DNA from: Patescibacteria group bacterium
GTDB lineage: Bacteria; Patescibacteriota; Patescibacteriia; GWA2-46-9
Direction: 5' to 3'
DNA length: 64,000 nucleotides
Assembly: GCA_041660005.1 (NCBI GenBank)
Contig: JBAZXG010000004.1
Span: forward strand, 5,720 to 69,719
Position 1 is the first letter of the stretch. Every line of letters begins with the position of its first letter. Positions 9,994 through 23,899 of this stretch are shown here, in pieces. Both the position numbers and the translations under genes were made by a program. The notes beneath the pieces are model-generated. The model worked only from the letters and a program-made list of their open reading frames with translations. It did not search any database and had not been told where the DNA came from.

Positions 9994-10593
9994 TTATTGA
10001 CCAATAGCGTAGCGTACGAAACGCTTTATTTTTACATTCTCCCCCACTTTTGCCGTTATGGCAACCAGGAGGTCTTTCACTTTCTGTGTGTCGTCCTTAA
10101 TTGACGGCTGTTCAAGCAATACGTCTGCTTCAATAAATTTAGCAAAGCTACCCTCTAAAATCTTTGCAACGATTGCTTCATCTTTCCCGGCGAGCTTACC
10201 TTCGGTCGCAAGTCTTTCGCGAGCGAGCGCTAACTCGTTCGTTTTTACTTCCTCTGGTACGTCTTCTGCAGAAAGATAACGCGGGTCAGTGGCTGCAACT
10301 TGAAGTGCAACGTCATGAACAAATTGCTGAAAATCTTCATTTCTTGCTACAAAATCTGTTTCACACGCTACCTCAACCATCACACCAACTCGCCCATTGC
10401 CATGAACATAGGTGTGTATAAGACCCTCGGTAGTGGCACGGTCCTGTTTCTTCAATGCTTTGGCCTGACCGCGCTTGCGCAATAGTTCCAGTGCCTTATC
10501 TTGGTCACCATTTGCTTCTTGAAGTGCTTTGTGAATATCATTCATGCCCGCTCCGGTTTCACGACGAAGCGCTACGATCATGTCTTTTGTCAT
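9994..10593 (-). CDS. tsf: Elongation factor Ts (short form)
   Basis: LRRETGAG, CETDFVA, GENVKIKRFVR. Confidence 0.95.
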   Translation of the reverse strand: MTKDMIVALRRETGAGMNDIHKALQEANGDQDKALELLRKRGQAKALKKQDRATTEGLIHTYVHGNGRVGVMVEVACETDFVARNEDFQQFVHDVALQVAATDPRYLSAEDVPEEVKTNELALARERLATEGKLAGKDEAIVAKILEGSFAKFIEADVLLEQPSIKDDTQKVKDLLVAITAKVGENVKIKRFVRYAIGQ

Positions 10594-10646
10594 AGTACTA
10601 ACATTTAAAAATTAACATTTCCCCTCCCACAAAACCCAACCGAACG

Positions 10647-11408
10647 CTAAGCAACAGGTTTGATCGGTGCTGGCGCCACAATGCTAACTCGACGAGCCTG
10701 ACCCCGTAAGACCGCAGCTGCCACTTGGTCGATCATGAGTTTCAGCGCACCAACGGCGTCATCATTCGATGCTATAGGATACTGCACTTGATCCGGGTTC
10801 GCATTGGTGTCACAAAGTGCGGCAATCGGCACACCAATTTTGTTGGCCTCACTAATCGCGGTTCGCTCACGGCGGACATCAATCAAAAATATGGCCTCAG
10901 GAATTTTATCCAGTTTTGCAATGCCGCCAATAACGCCTTCCAACCGATTATATTCTCGCTCACGCTCCAAGCGCTCTTTCTTGGTCATGTTCTCAAATGA
11001 GTTCTGTTCAATCATGCGCCCCAGTTCTTTGTGACGGGCAATCATTTTGCCAATAACGCTAAAGTTCGTCAGCATGCCGCCGATCCAACGATCGTGAACG
11101 TAAGGCATACCTACTCCTTCCGCAGCCGACTTTACATAACTTTGTATTTGCTTCTTTGTGCCGACAAAGAGCACATTGCCGCCGTTGGCGACCACATCCT
11201 CAATAAAATTTACCGCCCGCTCCAATTGCTGTCGTGTAGCTTCAAGATTAATGATGTGTACACCCTGGCGCGAAGTAAAAATAAACGGACGCATCTTTGG
11301 GTACCATTTTGAGGTCAAATGACCAAAATGAACGCCGGCTTTCAGCATCTCTAAAATGCTGGGTAGCGCGCCGTGTTGTTTTCTTTCGGTAACCTGTATT
11401 TCTGCCAT
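10647..11408 (-). CDS. rpsB: 30S ribosomal protein S2
   Basis: AGVHFGH, FVGTK, RWIGGMLTNF, DTNANP. Confidence 0.97.
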   Translation of the reverse strand: MAEIQVTERKQHGALPSILEMLKAGVHFGHLTSKWYPKMRPFIFTSRQGVHIINLEATRQQLERAVNFIEDVVANGGNVLFVGTKKQIQSYVKSAAEGVGMPYVHDRWIGGMLTNFSVIGKMIARHKELGRMIEQNSFENMTKKERLEREREYNRLEGVIGGIAKLDKIPEAIFLIDVRRERTAISEANKIGVPIAALCDTNANPDQVQYPIASNDDAVGALKLMIDQVAAAVLRGQARRVSIVAPAPIKPVA

Positions 11409-11430
11409 AAACAATTAAAGAAAATTAAGT

Positions 11431-11450
11431 CCCACGCCCGGTTGCGTGGG
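11431..11450 (-). promoter_or_regulatory. Hairpin in rpsB leader (possible autoregulatory element)
   Basis: CCCACGC-AACCGG-GCGTGGG upstream of rpsB start. Confidence 0.4.
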
Positions 11451-11616
11451 TCATGCGCTCGCCTTGATACTTTAAGCAGTAACGCCAAATTATCAAAGGT
11501 AAAGAGCGAAAAAAAGTATAACAGGTTAGATAAAAACTGGCAAGACTTTGCTGAAATGAGGCACTTCACCAGGAAACCTTGCCAAAGAATTACGCCTCTG
11601 CTACTATCCTCACACT

Positions 11617-11940
11617 ATGAAATCAGCGATTCACCCAACGTATCACCCAAAAGCAACCGTTGTCTGCGTTTGCGGCAACACTTTTACGGTCGGCGCAACA
11701 GCGCCAGAACTGCATGTTGAACTGTGCAGCAATTGCCACCCCTTCTATACTGGAAAGCAAAAGCTGGTAGACACCGCACGACGGGTCGATAAATTTCAAA
11801 AACGAATTGATGCGCAGGGTTCTGCGGCCGAAGGCAAGCGCGGGAAGAAAGCCAAGCGTGCTGTACGAGCCACCAAACGAACACGAAAAGTTGACGAGTC
11901 AGCAAAGCCCCTTAGCAAAAAGAAAGCGTCCGCCGCGTAG
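11617..11940 (+). CDS. rpmE: 50S ribosomal protein L31 (zinc-binding type) with basic tail
   Basis: [19 protein letters not shown]. Confidence 0.95.
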   Translation: MKSAIHPTYHPKATVVCVCGNTFTVGATAPELHVELCSNCHPFYTGKQKLVDTARRVDKFQKRIDAQGSAAEGKRGKKAKRAVRATKRTRKVDESAKPLSKKKASAA

Positions 11941-11979
11941 CTACGGACGGGCAGTATTGCCTGCCGGCAGAGAACAACT

Positions 11980-13041
11980 GTGCTATCTGAAATTGACCAA
12001 CAAAAACTGAGAGAGCAAGTACATGCCCTCGAGGAGAAACTTGCCTCTCTAAGCGCGCCACAAGATCAGGCGGCTTTTCGTCGCGTCCAAATGGAATACC
12101 AGGAGCGAAAAAAAATTCTCGACCTTATTGATGACGAAGAAAAAATTACTAAGCAAAGGGATGGCGTTAAATCAATGGCGCAGCACGAAAGCGACCCAGC
12201 GATTCGTGCCATGGCAGAGCAAGAATTTACCGATTTAGAAAAAAAATTAGAAACCACCAAGCGGGAACTGGACGAACTTTTACACCCCGCTGACCCGCTC
12301 GATAAGAAAAACATTATCGTTGAAATTCGTGCTGCCGCAGGCGGCGACGAAGCGGCGCTCTTTGCAGCGCAGCTCTTTCGCATGTACACACGCTATGCTG
12401 AAGACCGTCGCTGGAAAACACGCCTCATTAGCCAAAACCGAACCGGCATTGGTGGCTACAAAGAAATAATTTTTTCAATTGAAGGAGAGCGCGTCTACAG
12501 CCGACTGCGCTATGAAAGCGGCGTGCATCGCGTACAGCGTGTTCCTGAGACTGAAAAAAGCGGTCGCGTTCATACTTCGACCGCAACGGTCGCGGTGTTA
12601 CCAGAAGCTGATGAAGTGGACATTGTGATCGACCCTAAAGATCTTGAAATGAAGGCCTCAACTGCCGGCGGCCACGGCGGACAGTCGGTCAACACCACCT
12701 ACTCTGCCATTCGCATTGTGCACCTGCCAACCGGCATTGTTGTGCAGTGCCAAGACGAGCGCAATTTCCAGCAAAACAAACTAAAAGCCATGGAAGTTCT
12801 GCGAGCGCGGCTTTTAGACATGGAAACTCGCAAAAGGACAGCCGCAGAAGCCAGCAGTCGCAAATCACAAGTCGGCACGGGTGAGCGATCTGAAAAAATT
12901 CGAACCTATAACTTTCCACAAGATCGAGTGACGGACCATCGACTCAGTGATAATTTTCACGACGTACCCCACATTTTGGACGGTAACCTGGATCCCATTA
13001 TTGAAGAGTTAAAAACAGCTGAACGCAGTCATGCGAACTGA
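11980..13041 (+). CDS. prfA: Peptide chain release factor 1
   Basis: GGQ, RVPETE (PxT), [13 protein letters not shown]; GTG start. Confidence 0.95.
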   Translation: MLSEIDQQKLREQVHALEEKLASLSAPQDQAAFRRVQMEYQERKKILDLIDDEEKITKQRDGVKSMAQHESDPAIRAMAEQEFTDLEKKLETTKRELDELLHPADPLDKKNIIVEIRAAAGGDEAALFAAQLFRMYTRYAEDRRWKTRLISQNRTGIGGYKEIIFSIEGERVYSRLRYESGVHRVQRVPETEKSGRVHTSTATVAVLPEADEVDIVIDPKDLEMKASTAGGHGGQSVNTTYSAIRIVHLPTGIVVQCQDERNFQQNKLKAMEVLRARLLDMETRKRTAAEASSRKSQVGTGERSEKIRTYNFPQDRVTDHRLSDNFHDVPHILDGNLDPIIEELKTAERSHAN

Positions 13042-13882
13042 TCGGCTTCTTAAAAAAAGTGGACTGCCTCAAGACGAGGCGGAATACCTGCTCGCCCATG
13101 TACTCCACACCGACACCGCTCACCTGCTCGCGCACCCAGAACATCTTGTATCGTTCATCAGTACTCTGCGTTTTCTTCGACTATGCTCATTGAGGCGGCA
13201 ACATAAACCCCTTGCCTATTTAACGCAGGAACAATTTTTTTACGGTCAGAAGTTCATGGTTAATCCGCGCGTGCTCATACCCCGCCACACCACTGAGATT
13301 CTTGTCGACTCTGCAGTCCAAATAATCGAACAAAACGAGCATATCAACACCGTCATTGATATCGGAACTGGGTCAGGCGCCATTGTTATTGCAACTGCGC
13401 TGGCGGTCAACCAAAACCGTAAAAATACCATACGCTGGCATGCCTCTGACGTGTCGTCTTCTTCGCTCAGAGTTGCTCAAAAAAATGCCGCGAAACTAAA
13501 TGCCCCAGCGATTACTTGGCACAAAGGTAGTCTCATTGAACCCGTGGCTCACCTACTGCAAAACAACGCTAGCAAAACTTTACTTTTAGCAAATCTGCCG
13601 TACCTCAGCTATGAAGACTATGCTAAAACAGAAATGCAAATCAGCTTTGAGCCAGAACATGCACTCTTAAGTGGCATTGATGGCCTTAACCATTACCGAC
13701 GACTCGTGCAGGAACTTGCGTTGCTCCCTTTGGGCGGACTCCATGCGATTTTTGAGACAGACCCCTGCAACATTGAAATGCTCGCTCGCTATATGAGCGA
13801 GCAGTTACCAGGAGCCACTTTAGAAATGACGCAGGACGAACTTTCTTTGCCTCGTTTTATATTTGCCCACTGGTTCGCATAA
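13031..13882 (+). CDS. prmC: Release factor glutamine methyltransferase
   Basis: [19 protein letters not shown]; follows prfA. Confidence 0.9.
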   Translation: MRTDRLLKKSGLPQDEAEYLLAHVLHTDTAHLLAHPEHLVSFISTLRFLRLCSLRRQHKPLAYLTQEQFFYGQKFMVNPRVLIPRHTTEILVDSAVQIIEQNEHINTVIDIGTGSGAIVIATALAVNQNRKNTIRWHASDVSSSSLRVAQKNAAKLNAPAITWHKGSLIEPVAHLLQNNASKTLLLANLPYLSYEDYAKTEMQISFEPEHALLSGIDGLNHYRRLVQELALLPLGGLHAIFETDPCNIEMLARYMSEQLPGATLEMTQDELSLPRFIFAHWFA

Positions 13883-13884
13883 AC

Positions 13885-13915
13885 AAAAACCCCGCGTTAT
13901 CACGCGGGGTTTTTG
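13885..13915. terminator. Bidirectional intrinsic terminator
   Basis: AAAAACCCCGCGT-TATC-ACGCGGGGTTTTT between convergent genes. Confidence 0.85.
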
Positions 13916-13931
13916 TTCAGAAAAGAATCAA

Positions 13932-14612
13932 CTATTTTTTCTCGCCGCTTCCAACTTTGGCCTCTTCGCTTGCAGCTTCTTCAGTCTTTCCTTTCTTTTC
14001 AACTTCAACAGTTGAAACATCCGCCACAACAACTGGTGTCTCCTCTTCTTCCTTACGGGGTGGGTGAACAGCAACAACAACCGTTTCAGGGTCATTCATA
14101 ACGGTAACACCTTCCGGCATAGGAATATCCTTGACGTGTAGCGCATCGTTAATATTCGCGAGCACCGCAATATCAACACGAAGTTCGTGCACCAGAGCAG
14201 AAGGTAAACATTCGATCGTAGCGTGGTCCAAAGCTTTAACAAGCACGCCGCCCTGTTCTTTTACCGCTGGCGACTCACCATCAAATACAAACGGCACCGT
14301 CACGGTTAAGGTTTTCTTCATATTCACGCGATAAAAATCGACGTGCTCGAAGTCTCCGGTGACCGGCTGACGCTGAATATCGTGAATAAGCACGACAAAC
14401 GGCGTCCCTGTGCCAACGGTTAAGTCGACGAGACTGCTTTCACCTGCCGCACTAAAAAGCTTTTGAAAACTCCCGAGCGGTATGCTGACATTAATGTTTG
14501 GCTCACCTTGTCCGTAAACAACACCAGGAATCAGAGCCTCATCTCGGAGTGCTCTGTTCTTCTTACCAAAAACCGTCCGCTCTTGGACGGCAATATTAAA
14601 CTTTTGTGCCAT
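13932..14612 (-). CDS. rplY: 50S ribosomal protein L25/Ctc
   Basis: IPGVVYG, IQRQPVTG..EHVDF. Confidence 0.93.
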   Translation of the reverse strand: MAQKFNIAVQERTVFGKKNRALRDEALIPGVVYGQGEPNINVSIPLGSFQKLFSAAGESSLVDLTVGTGTPFVVLIHDIQRQPVTGDFEHVDFYRVNMKKTLTVTVPFVFDGESPAVKEQGGVLVKALDHATIECLPSALVHELRVDIAVLANINDALHVKDIPMPEGVTVMNDPETVVVAVHPPRKEEEETPVVVADVSTVEVEKKGKTEEAASEEAKVGSGEKK

Positions 14613-14616
14613 CGAA

Positions 14617-14955
14617 TTATTGGGTTACGAGTGCTTGGAGTGAACCATTGGTGATTGCCTCATGAAGATCGAGGACATCGTCTGCTGTTACAGGACGCCG
14701 CTCTTTGGCGAGCACCTCGTCACTAGCAAGATCGGTTAAGATACCAACCGAATTCACACCAAACATATTTGCAAAGATAAGCGCCACAACAGCGCTTTTG
14801 CACTTAACGCACGGCACATGCAATAGATACGCGTCTTCCCTTTCGGCTATAACCTTGGCTGAGCTCGGCTGATACCGCGTTTGACAGAGCGGACAACGAG
14901 CCATAAGGCGAAAGCCTTCTTGGAAAAACGAGCGATCCAGATCATGCATTGCCAT
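14617..14955 (-). CDS. Hypothetical zinc-ribbon protein
   Basis: CPLC and CVKC pairs; directly upstream of rplY. Confidence 0.7.
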   Translation of the reverse strand: MAMHDLDRSFFQEGFRLMARCPLCQTRYQPSSAKVIAEREDAYLLHVPCVKCKSAVVALIFANMFGVNSVGILTDLASDEVLAKERRPVTADDVLDLHEAITNGSLQALVTQ

Positions 14956-15004
14956 AATAAAGTACGCCAGAAACGTATCATCTTACACCTACGATGTCAA
15001 CAAT

Positions 15005-15057
15005 AACGAGAAAGGGCCGGTAGCAGCGTGGGTTTAATCCTGCTGCTCCGGCCCGTT
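15005..15057 (-). terminator. Long GC-rich 3' hairpin after leuA
   Basis: GGGCCGGAGCAGC...GCTGCTACCGGCCC followed by TTTCTCGTT. Confidence 0.65.
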
Positions 15058-15109
15058 CTCTCTCCTTCTTGTTATTACCTCCTTCCCTCCTCGGGAAAAC
15101 TGTTCGATG

Positions 15110-16672
15110 TCACGGCCGCTCGACGTCGGTCGCACGAGCGCGGCGGACCTCAAAACGGTTGAGCGCGTCCGTGAAAGCGTACGCGCTTGCCGTCGGTACG
15201 TCGGTGTCCATGCCGTGCCCACGAATGAGCTGGCCGTCGATACTGAGCAAGCAGACCACGCGAGCGTTCGCGTCCGCCCCGACAGTTACTGACTCGCACT
15301 TGTACTCCGACAGAAGAATGATTTTTGCCGTGGGATTGATCTCCTGATAGAACTCAAGAACCCCACGGAAAATCACATTGACGATGCCATCGCCCATCGG
15401 CTCCACCACGCGCAGCGCCCCATCAACTTTTCCGACGACGACAGCCATCACGGATCGTGAGGGCAGACGGCTCATGAGCTGCGCATGGACGAAACGAACG
15501 CGCTCGGGAACATCGTCGCAACCGTCGATAATCGCGAACAGGTCTTCGTTGTAGATCTCCTTCTTTCTGTCTGCCAGTATCTTGAGCCGGTCGAAGCACC
15601 TACGAACGTCGATATCTGCAGGATTGATACCGAGCTCTTTCAGTGCCTCAATAAAGCCGGTCATCCCGGAATGTTTCCCGAGTACCAACTTTGTCCGCAC
15701 TCTGCCGACGTCTTCTGGGCGCATGATCTCGTAGGTGAGAACGTCTTTTGTAACGCCGTCCTGGTGGATTCCGGCTTCGTGCGAGAATGCGTTCGCTCCT
15801 ACGATTGGCTTCGTCGGTGCAATCGGCACACCGACAATATTCGAGAGAGTTTTGCCTGCCGGGTAGAAGTGCTTGGTTCGTACGCGAGTACTAACACCGA
15901 AGTAGTCTTCGCGCGTCCTGAGCGCCATGACCACTTCGTCCATCGCCGTGTTGCCAGCCCGCTCGCCGATCCCGTTGATGGTGCACTCGATCTGTCGGGC
16001 GCCTCCCTCCACAGCTGCCAAGGAATTGGCGACCGCCAAACCGAGGTCGTTGTGGCAATGAGTACTCCAGATGACACGATCGCCTCCCGGAGTACGCGCG
16101 CGCAGCGTACGGAAAAGTTCACGGATCTGAACCGGCACCGCGTAGCCGGTGGTGTCAGGCACGTTGCAGACGACAGCGCCGGCAGCGATGACTGCCCCGA
16201 ACACCTGGATCAGGTATTCGATGTCGCTCCGCGAGGCGTCCTCGGCCGAGAACTCGATGTAGTCAACGTCGCGCCTGCAACGCTGCACTGCCCACACTGC
16301 CGCATCCAGCGCTTCTTGCCGACTCATCCCGAGCTTCTTCTCGAGATGCAAGTCCGAGGTCGCGATGAACACGTGAATCCCCGGCTTATCGGCGCCATCG
16401 ACCGCAGAGAGCGCCCTCTCGATGTCGGCTTCCTTGGTGCGTGCCAAGCTCAGCACCACCGGCCCTTTGACCGCGCGCGCAACCCTTTTCACGGCTTCGA
16501 AATCGCCAGGCGACGCTGCTGCAAAACCCGCTTCAATCACGTCCACCCCGAGCGCCTCGAGTTGGCGGGCAACGACGAGCTTCTCCTCAACATTCATCGT
16601 GCATCCGGGCGATTGCTCGCCGTCTCGGAGGGTCGTGTCGAAAATCCGTACCCAGTCCTTGTCTTCACTCAT
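15110..16672 (-). CDS. leuA: 2-isopropylmalate synthase (orphan, GC-rich)
   Basis: [50 protein letters not shown]; SD-led ATG at 16672 (GTG 16693 is an alternative). Confidence 0.93.
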   Translation of the reverse strand: MSEDKDWVRIFDTTLRDGEQSPGCTMNVEEKLVVARQLEALGVDVIEAGFAAASPGDFEAVKRVARAVKGPVVLSLARTKEADIERALSAVDGADKPGIHVFIATSDLHLEKKLGMSRQEALDAAVWAVQRCRRDVDYIEFSAEDASRSDIEYLIQVFGAVIAAGAVVCNVPDTTGYAVPVQIRELFRTLRARTPGGDRVIWSTHCHNDLGLAVANSLAAVEGGARQIECTINGIGERAGNTAMDEVVMALRTREDYFGVSTRVRTKHFYPAGKTLSNIVGVPIAPTKPIVGANAFSHEAGIHQDGVTKDVLTYEIMRPEDVGRVRTKLVLGKHSGMTGFIEALKELGINPADIDVRRCFDRLKILADRKKEIYNEDLFAIIDGCDDVPERVRFVHAQLMSRLPSRSVMAVVVGKVDGALRVVEPMGDGIVNVIFRGVLEFYQEINPTAKIILLSEYKCESVTVGADANARVVCLLSIDGQLIRGHGMDTDVPTASAYAFTDALNRFEVRRARATDVERP

Positions 16673-16756
16673 CTCCTTAGTCCTCTTCTCCACTAGCCGC
16701 CGCCCAAACAGGACGGGTTACGAACAAACTCACAAACATCGAATTGTTACAGAACA

Positions 16757-16792
16757 ATCAAAAAAGCTCTCCACCCGAGGGTGAAGAGCTTT
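16757..16792 (-). terminator. Attenuator terminator of leu leader
   Basis: AAAGCTCTTCACCC-TC-GGGTGGAGAGCTTT then T-tract. Confidence 0.88.
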
Positions 16793-16814
16793 CGTGCAAG
16801 TATCTAATAAAAAG

Positions 16815-16895
16815 CTACGCGCAAGACAACTCTTCACCCTTTCGAGGGGTGAGCAAGCTAAGCGGAAGAAGAGTTAGACTTTGCAAGCGGTACAT
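16815..16895 (-). CDS. Leu-rich attenuator leader peptide MYRLQSLTLLPLSLLTPRKGEELSCA
   Basis: 8 Leu in 26 aa; GGGTGAAGAG (16839-16830) is complementary to the terminator 5' arm. Confidence 0.88.
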   Translation of the reverse strand: MYRLQSLTLLPLSLLTPRKGEELSCA

Positions 16896-16908
16896 ATTGA
16901 TTAATGAA

Positions 16909-16937
16909 AAGTTATCACCTCACCTACCAGTTGTCAA
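16909..16937 (-). promoter_or_regulatory. Sigma70-type promoter of leu leader
   Basis: TTGACA-17 nt-TAACTT with TGn extension. Confidence 0.65.
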
Positions 16938-16957
16938 GATTACGTACAATGGTTGGC

Positions 16958-17722
16958 CTACTCAGTTTTAATCTTTAGTCTTTCAACAATCTCCTCAATA
17001 GCAGCAGTATATTCAGCATGAGCCCTTGGTAACGCAGCTGTATAGGTTTCAATGCCTGTTAACTCTCGTCCTACTTTTGCTTCTGCCTCATCGATTTCTG
17101 GTGTTGTCGCAAAATCAACTATGCCATCCGGCTCTCCAGTTTCTATTTTAACAATAGCACCATCTCCACCAGCTTTAGGATAGTCAAAGAAGGTTACCTC
17201 GCCGCCATCACTATATGCTCTCTTGGCACGTTCCTCACCTGGCTTGCGTACCCAGAGTTGGGTCATTTCTAACGCTCCAAGCCTACCATCTTTTTGAGCC
17301 CACTGGTTTTCAAGTGTATAAACGACACCATTAGCTCCGGGAACTACGATACGACGAATCGAAAGATCATATTTCTTATCCAACTCTAATTCTGTACCTT
17401 TATTATACAAATGCTCATTAATGGCGTTTTGAACTTCCGCGGGTAGTGGAGTAACTTTTTCCTGCGCTGCGTTGAATTCTTTTTCTCGCTCTGTTTGAAT
17501 TGAATCATCTTTCATGCACATCTTCTCTGGGAATTCCATTCTGTTCATGCACATGCGTCGTGCACTTTCCTCGCTAAGCCCGTCTGCTACTAATTGTTCA
17601 ATCTGTGATTGTCCGTTTTCAGTAACGTACTTTTGTACTGCCTCAGCGCTTACTGTACCGGGCGTGAATGCTTCCATTCCTGCAAACGCCGCGCCTATAA
17701 TTTCTTTTTTTCCAAATCTCAT
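16958..17722 (-). CDS. Hypothetical protein, possibly exported
   Basis: 254-aa ORF, basic then weakly hydrophobic N-terminus. Confidence 0.65.
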   Translation of the reverse strand: MRFGKKEIIGAAFAGMEAFTPGTVSAEAVQKYVTENGQSQIEQLVADGLSEESARRMCMNRMEFPEKMCMKDDSIQTEREKEFNAAQEKVTPLPAEVQNAINEHLYNKGTELELDKKYDLSIRRIVVPGANGVVYTLENQWAQKDGRLGALEMTQLWVRKPGEERAKRAYSDGGEVTFFDYPKAGGDGAIVKIETGEPDGIVDFATTPEIDEAEAKVGRELTGIETYTAALPRAHAEYTAAIEEIVERLKIKTE

Positions 17723-17787
17723 AGATACGTGAATTTATGGATTAAGTCCCTATATTTTACTATGAAATCCGAAAATTGCAAGGTATG

Positions 17788-18921
17788 CTAAACCGTTGCC
17801 ACTCGAGACATCTGATACCCGCGCGACCCTTCCCGGCGCGCAACATTTTGCACGATGCCGAGCAAAGCTAGATGAACCAGTAGCGAACTCCCACCTGCAG
17901 AAACAAGTGGGAAAGGAATGCCAACAACGGGCACGAGCCCCATGGACATACCGGCATTGATAAAAATTTCTACAGTAAAAAGAATGATAGTACCCAGCAC
18001 AAAAAAAGCGGCAAACCAATCGTGGCAGCGATTGATAAGTAAAAACATCCGAACATACATCATGGCGATAATACCAACAAGAACCGCGACTCCAGCAAAA
18101 CCAAGCTGCTCAGCAATGACCGCAAAAATGAAATCAGTTTCCGCTTCAGGGAGAAACCGTAACTGACTTTGTGACCCTTCGCCAAGACCTCGGCCAAATA
18201 ACTGCCCGGAACCGACCGCAATAGTTGCCTGGCGCACATTGTAGCTAGCTGAGGTAACCGCTTCAGGAGAAAAAAAGGTAGCAATGCGTTCTTTTTGGTA
18301 CGGCTTAAACAAGAACATCCAACCAATAACTAAAATCACGCTCGCTGTCACAGCAAAAGCAACTAAATACTTTCGTTTCACGCCAATAACGAGCACAAGT
18401 CCTGCCCATAACGAGAGCAGTAGTGCTGCAGAACCAAAGTCTGGTTGCAAAAATACCAGCACCGCCAAAAAAGCGGCAACTAAAAAACTCTGCACTAAGT
18501 TGCTAAAGAGATCGAGTTCACGCGATCGCCTAGCAAAATAACTTGCAAGTACAATCACTCCAACAAACTTCGCCAGCTCCACTGGTTGAAAGTGCAGCGC
18601 GCCAACAGCTAGCCAACCGCGCGTACCATTGACCACTTGCCCAAACGCCAGCGTTGCTCCGAGCAGAACTAACATGCCGACGTACAACCAACGACTAATG
18701 GACTGCCAGGTGTGAAAATGCACAAAGCTAAACAGACCATACAAAAAAAGTCCGCCAAGTGCAACGGCAACTTGTTTTTTAAATGTATAGAGATCTCCCC
18801 CGCCGCGACCAATGGCGATACTGTAAAGAGTGACCAAACCAATTCCGACAACGAGTACCATGCCAGCAAACAAAAGCCAATCAAACCGCCCTACAAATTC
18901 TCGAATCCGACTAGCAACCAT
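17788..18921 (-). CDS. rodA: SEDS family peptidoglycan glycosyltransferase (RodA-like)
   Basis: FQPVELAK, QPDFG, LPEAETDFIF, P.VSAGGSS. Confidence 0.88.
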   Translation of the reverse strand: MVASRIREFVGRFDWLLFAGMVLVVGIGLVTLYSIAIGRGGGDLYTFKKQVAVALGGLFLYGLFSFVHFHTWQSISRWLYVGMLVLLGATLAFGQVVNGTRGWLAVGALHFQPVELAKFVGVIVLASYFARRSRELDLFSNLVQSFLVAAFLAVLVFLQPDFGSAALLLSLWAGLVLVIGVKRKYLVAFAVTASVILVIGWMFLFKPYQKERIATFFSPEAVTSASYNVRQATIAVGSGQLFGRGLGEGSQSQLRFLPEAETDFIFAVIAEQLGFAGVAVLVGIIAMMYVRMFLLINRCHDWFAAFFVLGTIILFTVEIFINAGMSMGLVPVVGIPFPLVSAGGSSLLVHLALLGIVQNVARREGSRGYQMSRVATV

Positions 18922-18934
18922 GTGATAATCGAAA

Positions 18935-19810
18935 CTAAAACCGAATGGGCTCGGCTTGGCCGCGCATAAAGTTACCCTGGTCTACAATATCAACATTTGG
19001 CACCACCAAAACATCACTGACGCCAACGATGGTGGTGTATAAATTGATAGCAACTTTGCGCTGTTCGCCCGCTTTCAATTGATCAAGCATCAATGCTTCA
19101 GCTGCAACCGCACGATCCCCCTGGAGTAAAACAACAGTAAAACCAGCAGACCAAAACCCGTTGATACTTTCGTTGGTTACCGTAAACATAACTCTACCCG
19201 GCACTCCTGTCCCTGTGCGGTCAGCGCCCTGTCCTGATTCAAAGGAAACATCGCTTACAACAAAATGTGGTTTTAACTGATTTGTCGCTTCAGGATTACG
19301 TAGACGCATCCACTTCGTACCCAAAATAGTTATGGGAGGTGCTGACGCAGGTGAAGGAGCTGCTCCGACAGCAATAGCAAATCGCTCCTCATTGTTCAGT
19401 ACGAGTACTGTCTCTTGCTTACTTTGGTCCTCCGCTTGGAACGTTATCCATGCAACCCAGTTCGGATTCGAATTAAAAAACTTAACCAGAGCATCATAGC
19501 GCCCATCCTTGCTGCTACCCGGTAAAACAACTGCCGCTGATATGCTGATGGGTTTTGGGGCCATGATGCGGTGCGCATCCGTACTATCAACCCCTTGGGA
19601 AAGCGCCTGCTCAACTTGACGATTTGCAGCGCTTGAAAAAACGTAGAGATTCAAAAGTGAGTAACCGCTAAAAATGAGCAATGCTGCCTCCGCGCCAATC
19701 GTAATAACAATGGCAATAGAACGAATACGTTCTCGATTATTTATCCAAAAAGTAGCCCAGCGAAACCAGGACTCATTAAGTACTGGGTTATCATTGTGCA
19801 CCTCAGCCAT
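18935..19810 (-). CDS. Hypothetical single-TM protein with beta-rich extracellular region
   Basis: One TM helix; start set at ATG 19810. Confidence 0.65.
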   Translation of the reverse strand: MAEVHNDNPVLNESWFRWATFWINNRERIRSIAIVITIGAEAALLIFSGYSLLNLYVFSSAANRQVEQALSQGVDSTDAHRIMAPKPISISAAVVLPGSSKDGRYDALVKFFNSNPNWVAWITFQAEDQSKQETVLVLNNEERFAIAVGAAPSPASAPPITILGTKWMRLRNPEATNQLKPHFVVSDVSFESGQGADRTGTGVPGRVMFTVTNESINGFWSAGFTVVLLQGDRAVAAEALMLDQLKAGEQRKVAINLYTTIVGVSDVLVVPNVDIVDQGNFMRGQAEPIRF

Positions 19811-19920
19811 ATAGCGAACAGTGTACCATAAACGCATGAAAATCCTATCCCTATGAATCAAAAAACCGTTTACCAATGACACACTTCATGCTACAATACC
19901 TACTAATTCACCTTACCTAA

Positions 19921-22874
<2,954 letters not shown>

Positions 22875-23044
22875 ATTCGTATTATAGCAGATGCCATAAA
22901 TTTTTAAGCGTAATCAATTACCACGCCCCTGAAGGGACGGGATATGTAATGGTGATCCCGCTTCGCCGAGTCAAACTCGGCTACGAGGGATATTTTTGTC
23001 TTCTGTATTGTAACCTCGCGCCAAGACGACGAGGTATTGTAAAC

Positions 23045-23095
23045 AAAAATAAAAAGGGAAAGGAGCTCCAAGCGGTGCGACGCCTGGAGCTCCTT
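23045..23095 (-). terminator. Long 3' terminator of islet 2
   Basis: AAGGAGCTCCAGGCG-TCGCAC-CGCTTGGAGCTCCTT then pyrimidine/T tract. Confidence 0.8.
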
Positions 23096-23165
23096 GTTAG
23101 CATTAAGGCCGTATCCTCAATGCGGTTAATCATGCGCGAAACGGCGCGCAGGCGAAACGACGCGG

Positions 23166-23495
23166 TCAATACTGTTCCGTCAACTCCACTACCCCGTCCC
23201 TCTGGACGTTGAGGTGGCGTCCGGCCTGAATCCGGGCGGCAGCGTACCCAAGTTGGGTAGGCCCTCCGTTGACGACGACCATGTCATCGATCGTCGGGGG
23301 TATGAAATCGAGGCACGCACCGTCCTCACGGACGAAAACGCGGTCGTCGACCTGGTCGTCGGTCGGCCCGTCCTCTCCTTCGCAGACGAGCGCAATGACC
23401 TCAACGTACTCAACCCCTTGCAATGCGAGATACGCCAGCGTATCTCGCACGATGCCCTCGAAAGACCGAGGGCTGAAAGGAATAAAAACTTTCAT
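23166..23495 (-). CDS. Hypothetical 109-aa alpha/beta protein (weak CARF-like motif)
   Basis: SD TAAGGAG before ATG 23495; VVVNGGPTQLGYAAA. Confidence 0.65.
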   Translation of the reverse strand: MKVFIPFSPRSFEGIVRDTLAYLALQGVEYVEVIALVCEGEDGPTDDQVDDRVFVREDGACLDFIPPTIDDMVVVNGGPTQLGYAAARIQAGRHLNVQRDGVVELTEQY

Positions 23496-23506
23496 TCGAC
23501 TTCTCC

Positions 23507-23899
23507 TTAGTAGCCACACTCGCAGCTACTGTCACTCGCGTAGGGTTGGCCACACCCAACGCACGTCTCCCAGTGCCATTCCCCCTTATCTTCCTCGTGG
23601 TAGCACTTGGCTTCGTAACCGCCATGTGCCGCCACCATGTGGCGGATCTCCTGTGGTTCGCCACCATCACAGGAAATGGTCACCCGTACCTTGGTTCCGT
23701 TTTCGGAACCCACAGAGCGCAGGGTGGCGTTCACCTCCTGCTTGCTCGAGCAAGGGGTCGTGTACACGGTCCCGTTGGGCCGTGTTTCAGTCACCATGTA
23801 GGTGACCGCCGACCCTACCGGTATTTCTACTGGCGAGTCGATCACCTGCCACCTCGGAACCCACACCGCAGGGGTTCCGCATTTCTTACAAGCTTCCAT
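23507..23899 (-). CDS. Hypothetical Cys-rich 130-aa protein
   Basis: SD GAGGAG; CKKC, C.H, CVGC, CEC. Confidence 0.7.
   Translation of the reverse strand: MEACKKCGTPAVWVPRWQVIDSPVEIPVGSAVTYMVTETRPNGTVYTTPCSSKQEVNATLRSVGSENGTKVRVTISCDGGEPQEIRHMVAAHGGYEAKCYHEEDKGEWHWETCVGCGQPYASDSSCECGY

Noticed and set aside
15485-16696. 403-aa ORF antisense to leuA
   Set aside because: Shadow ORF expected from GC-rich codon usage; no motifs or expression signals.
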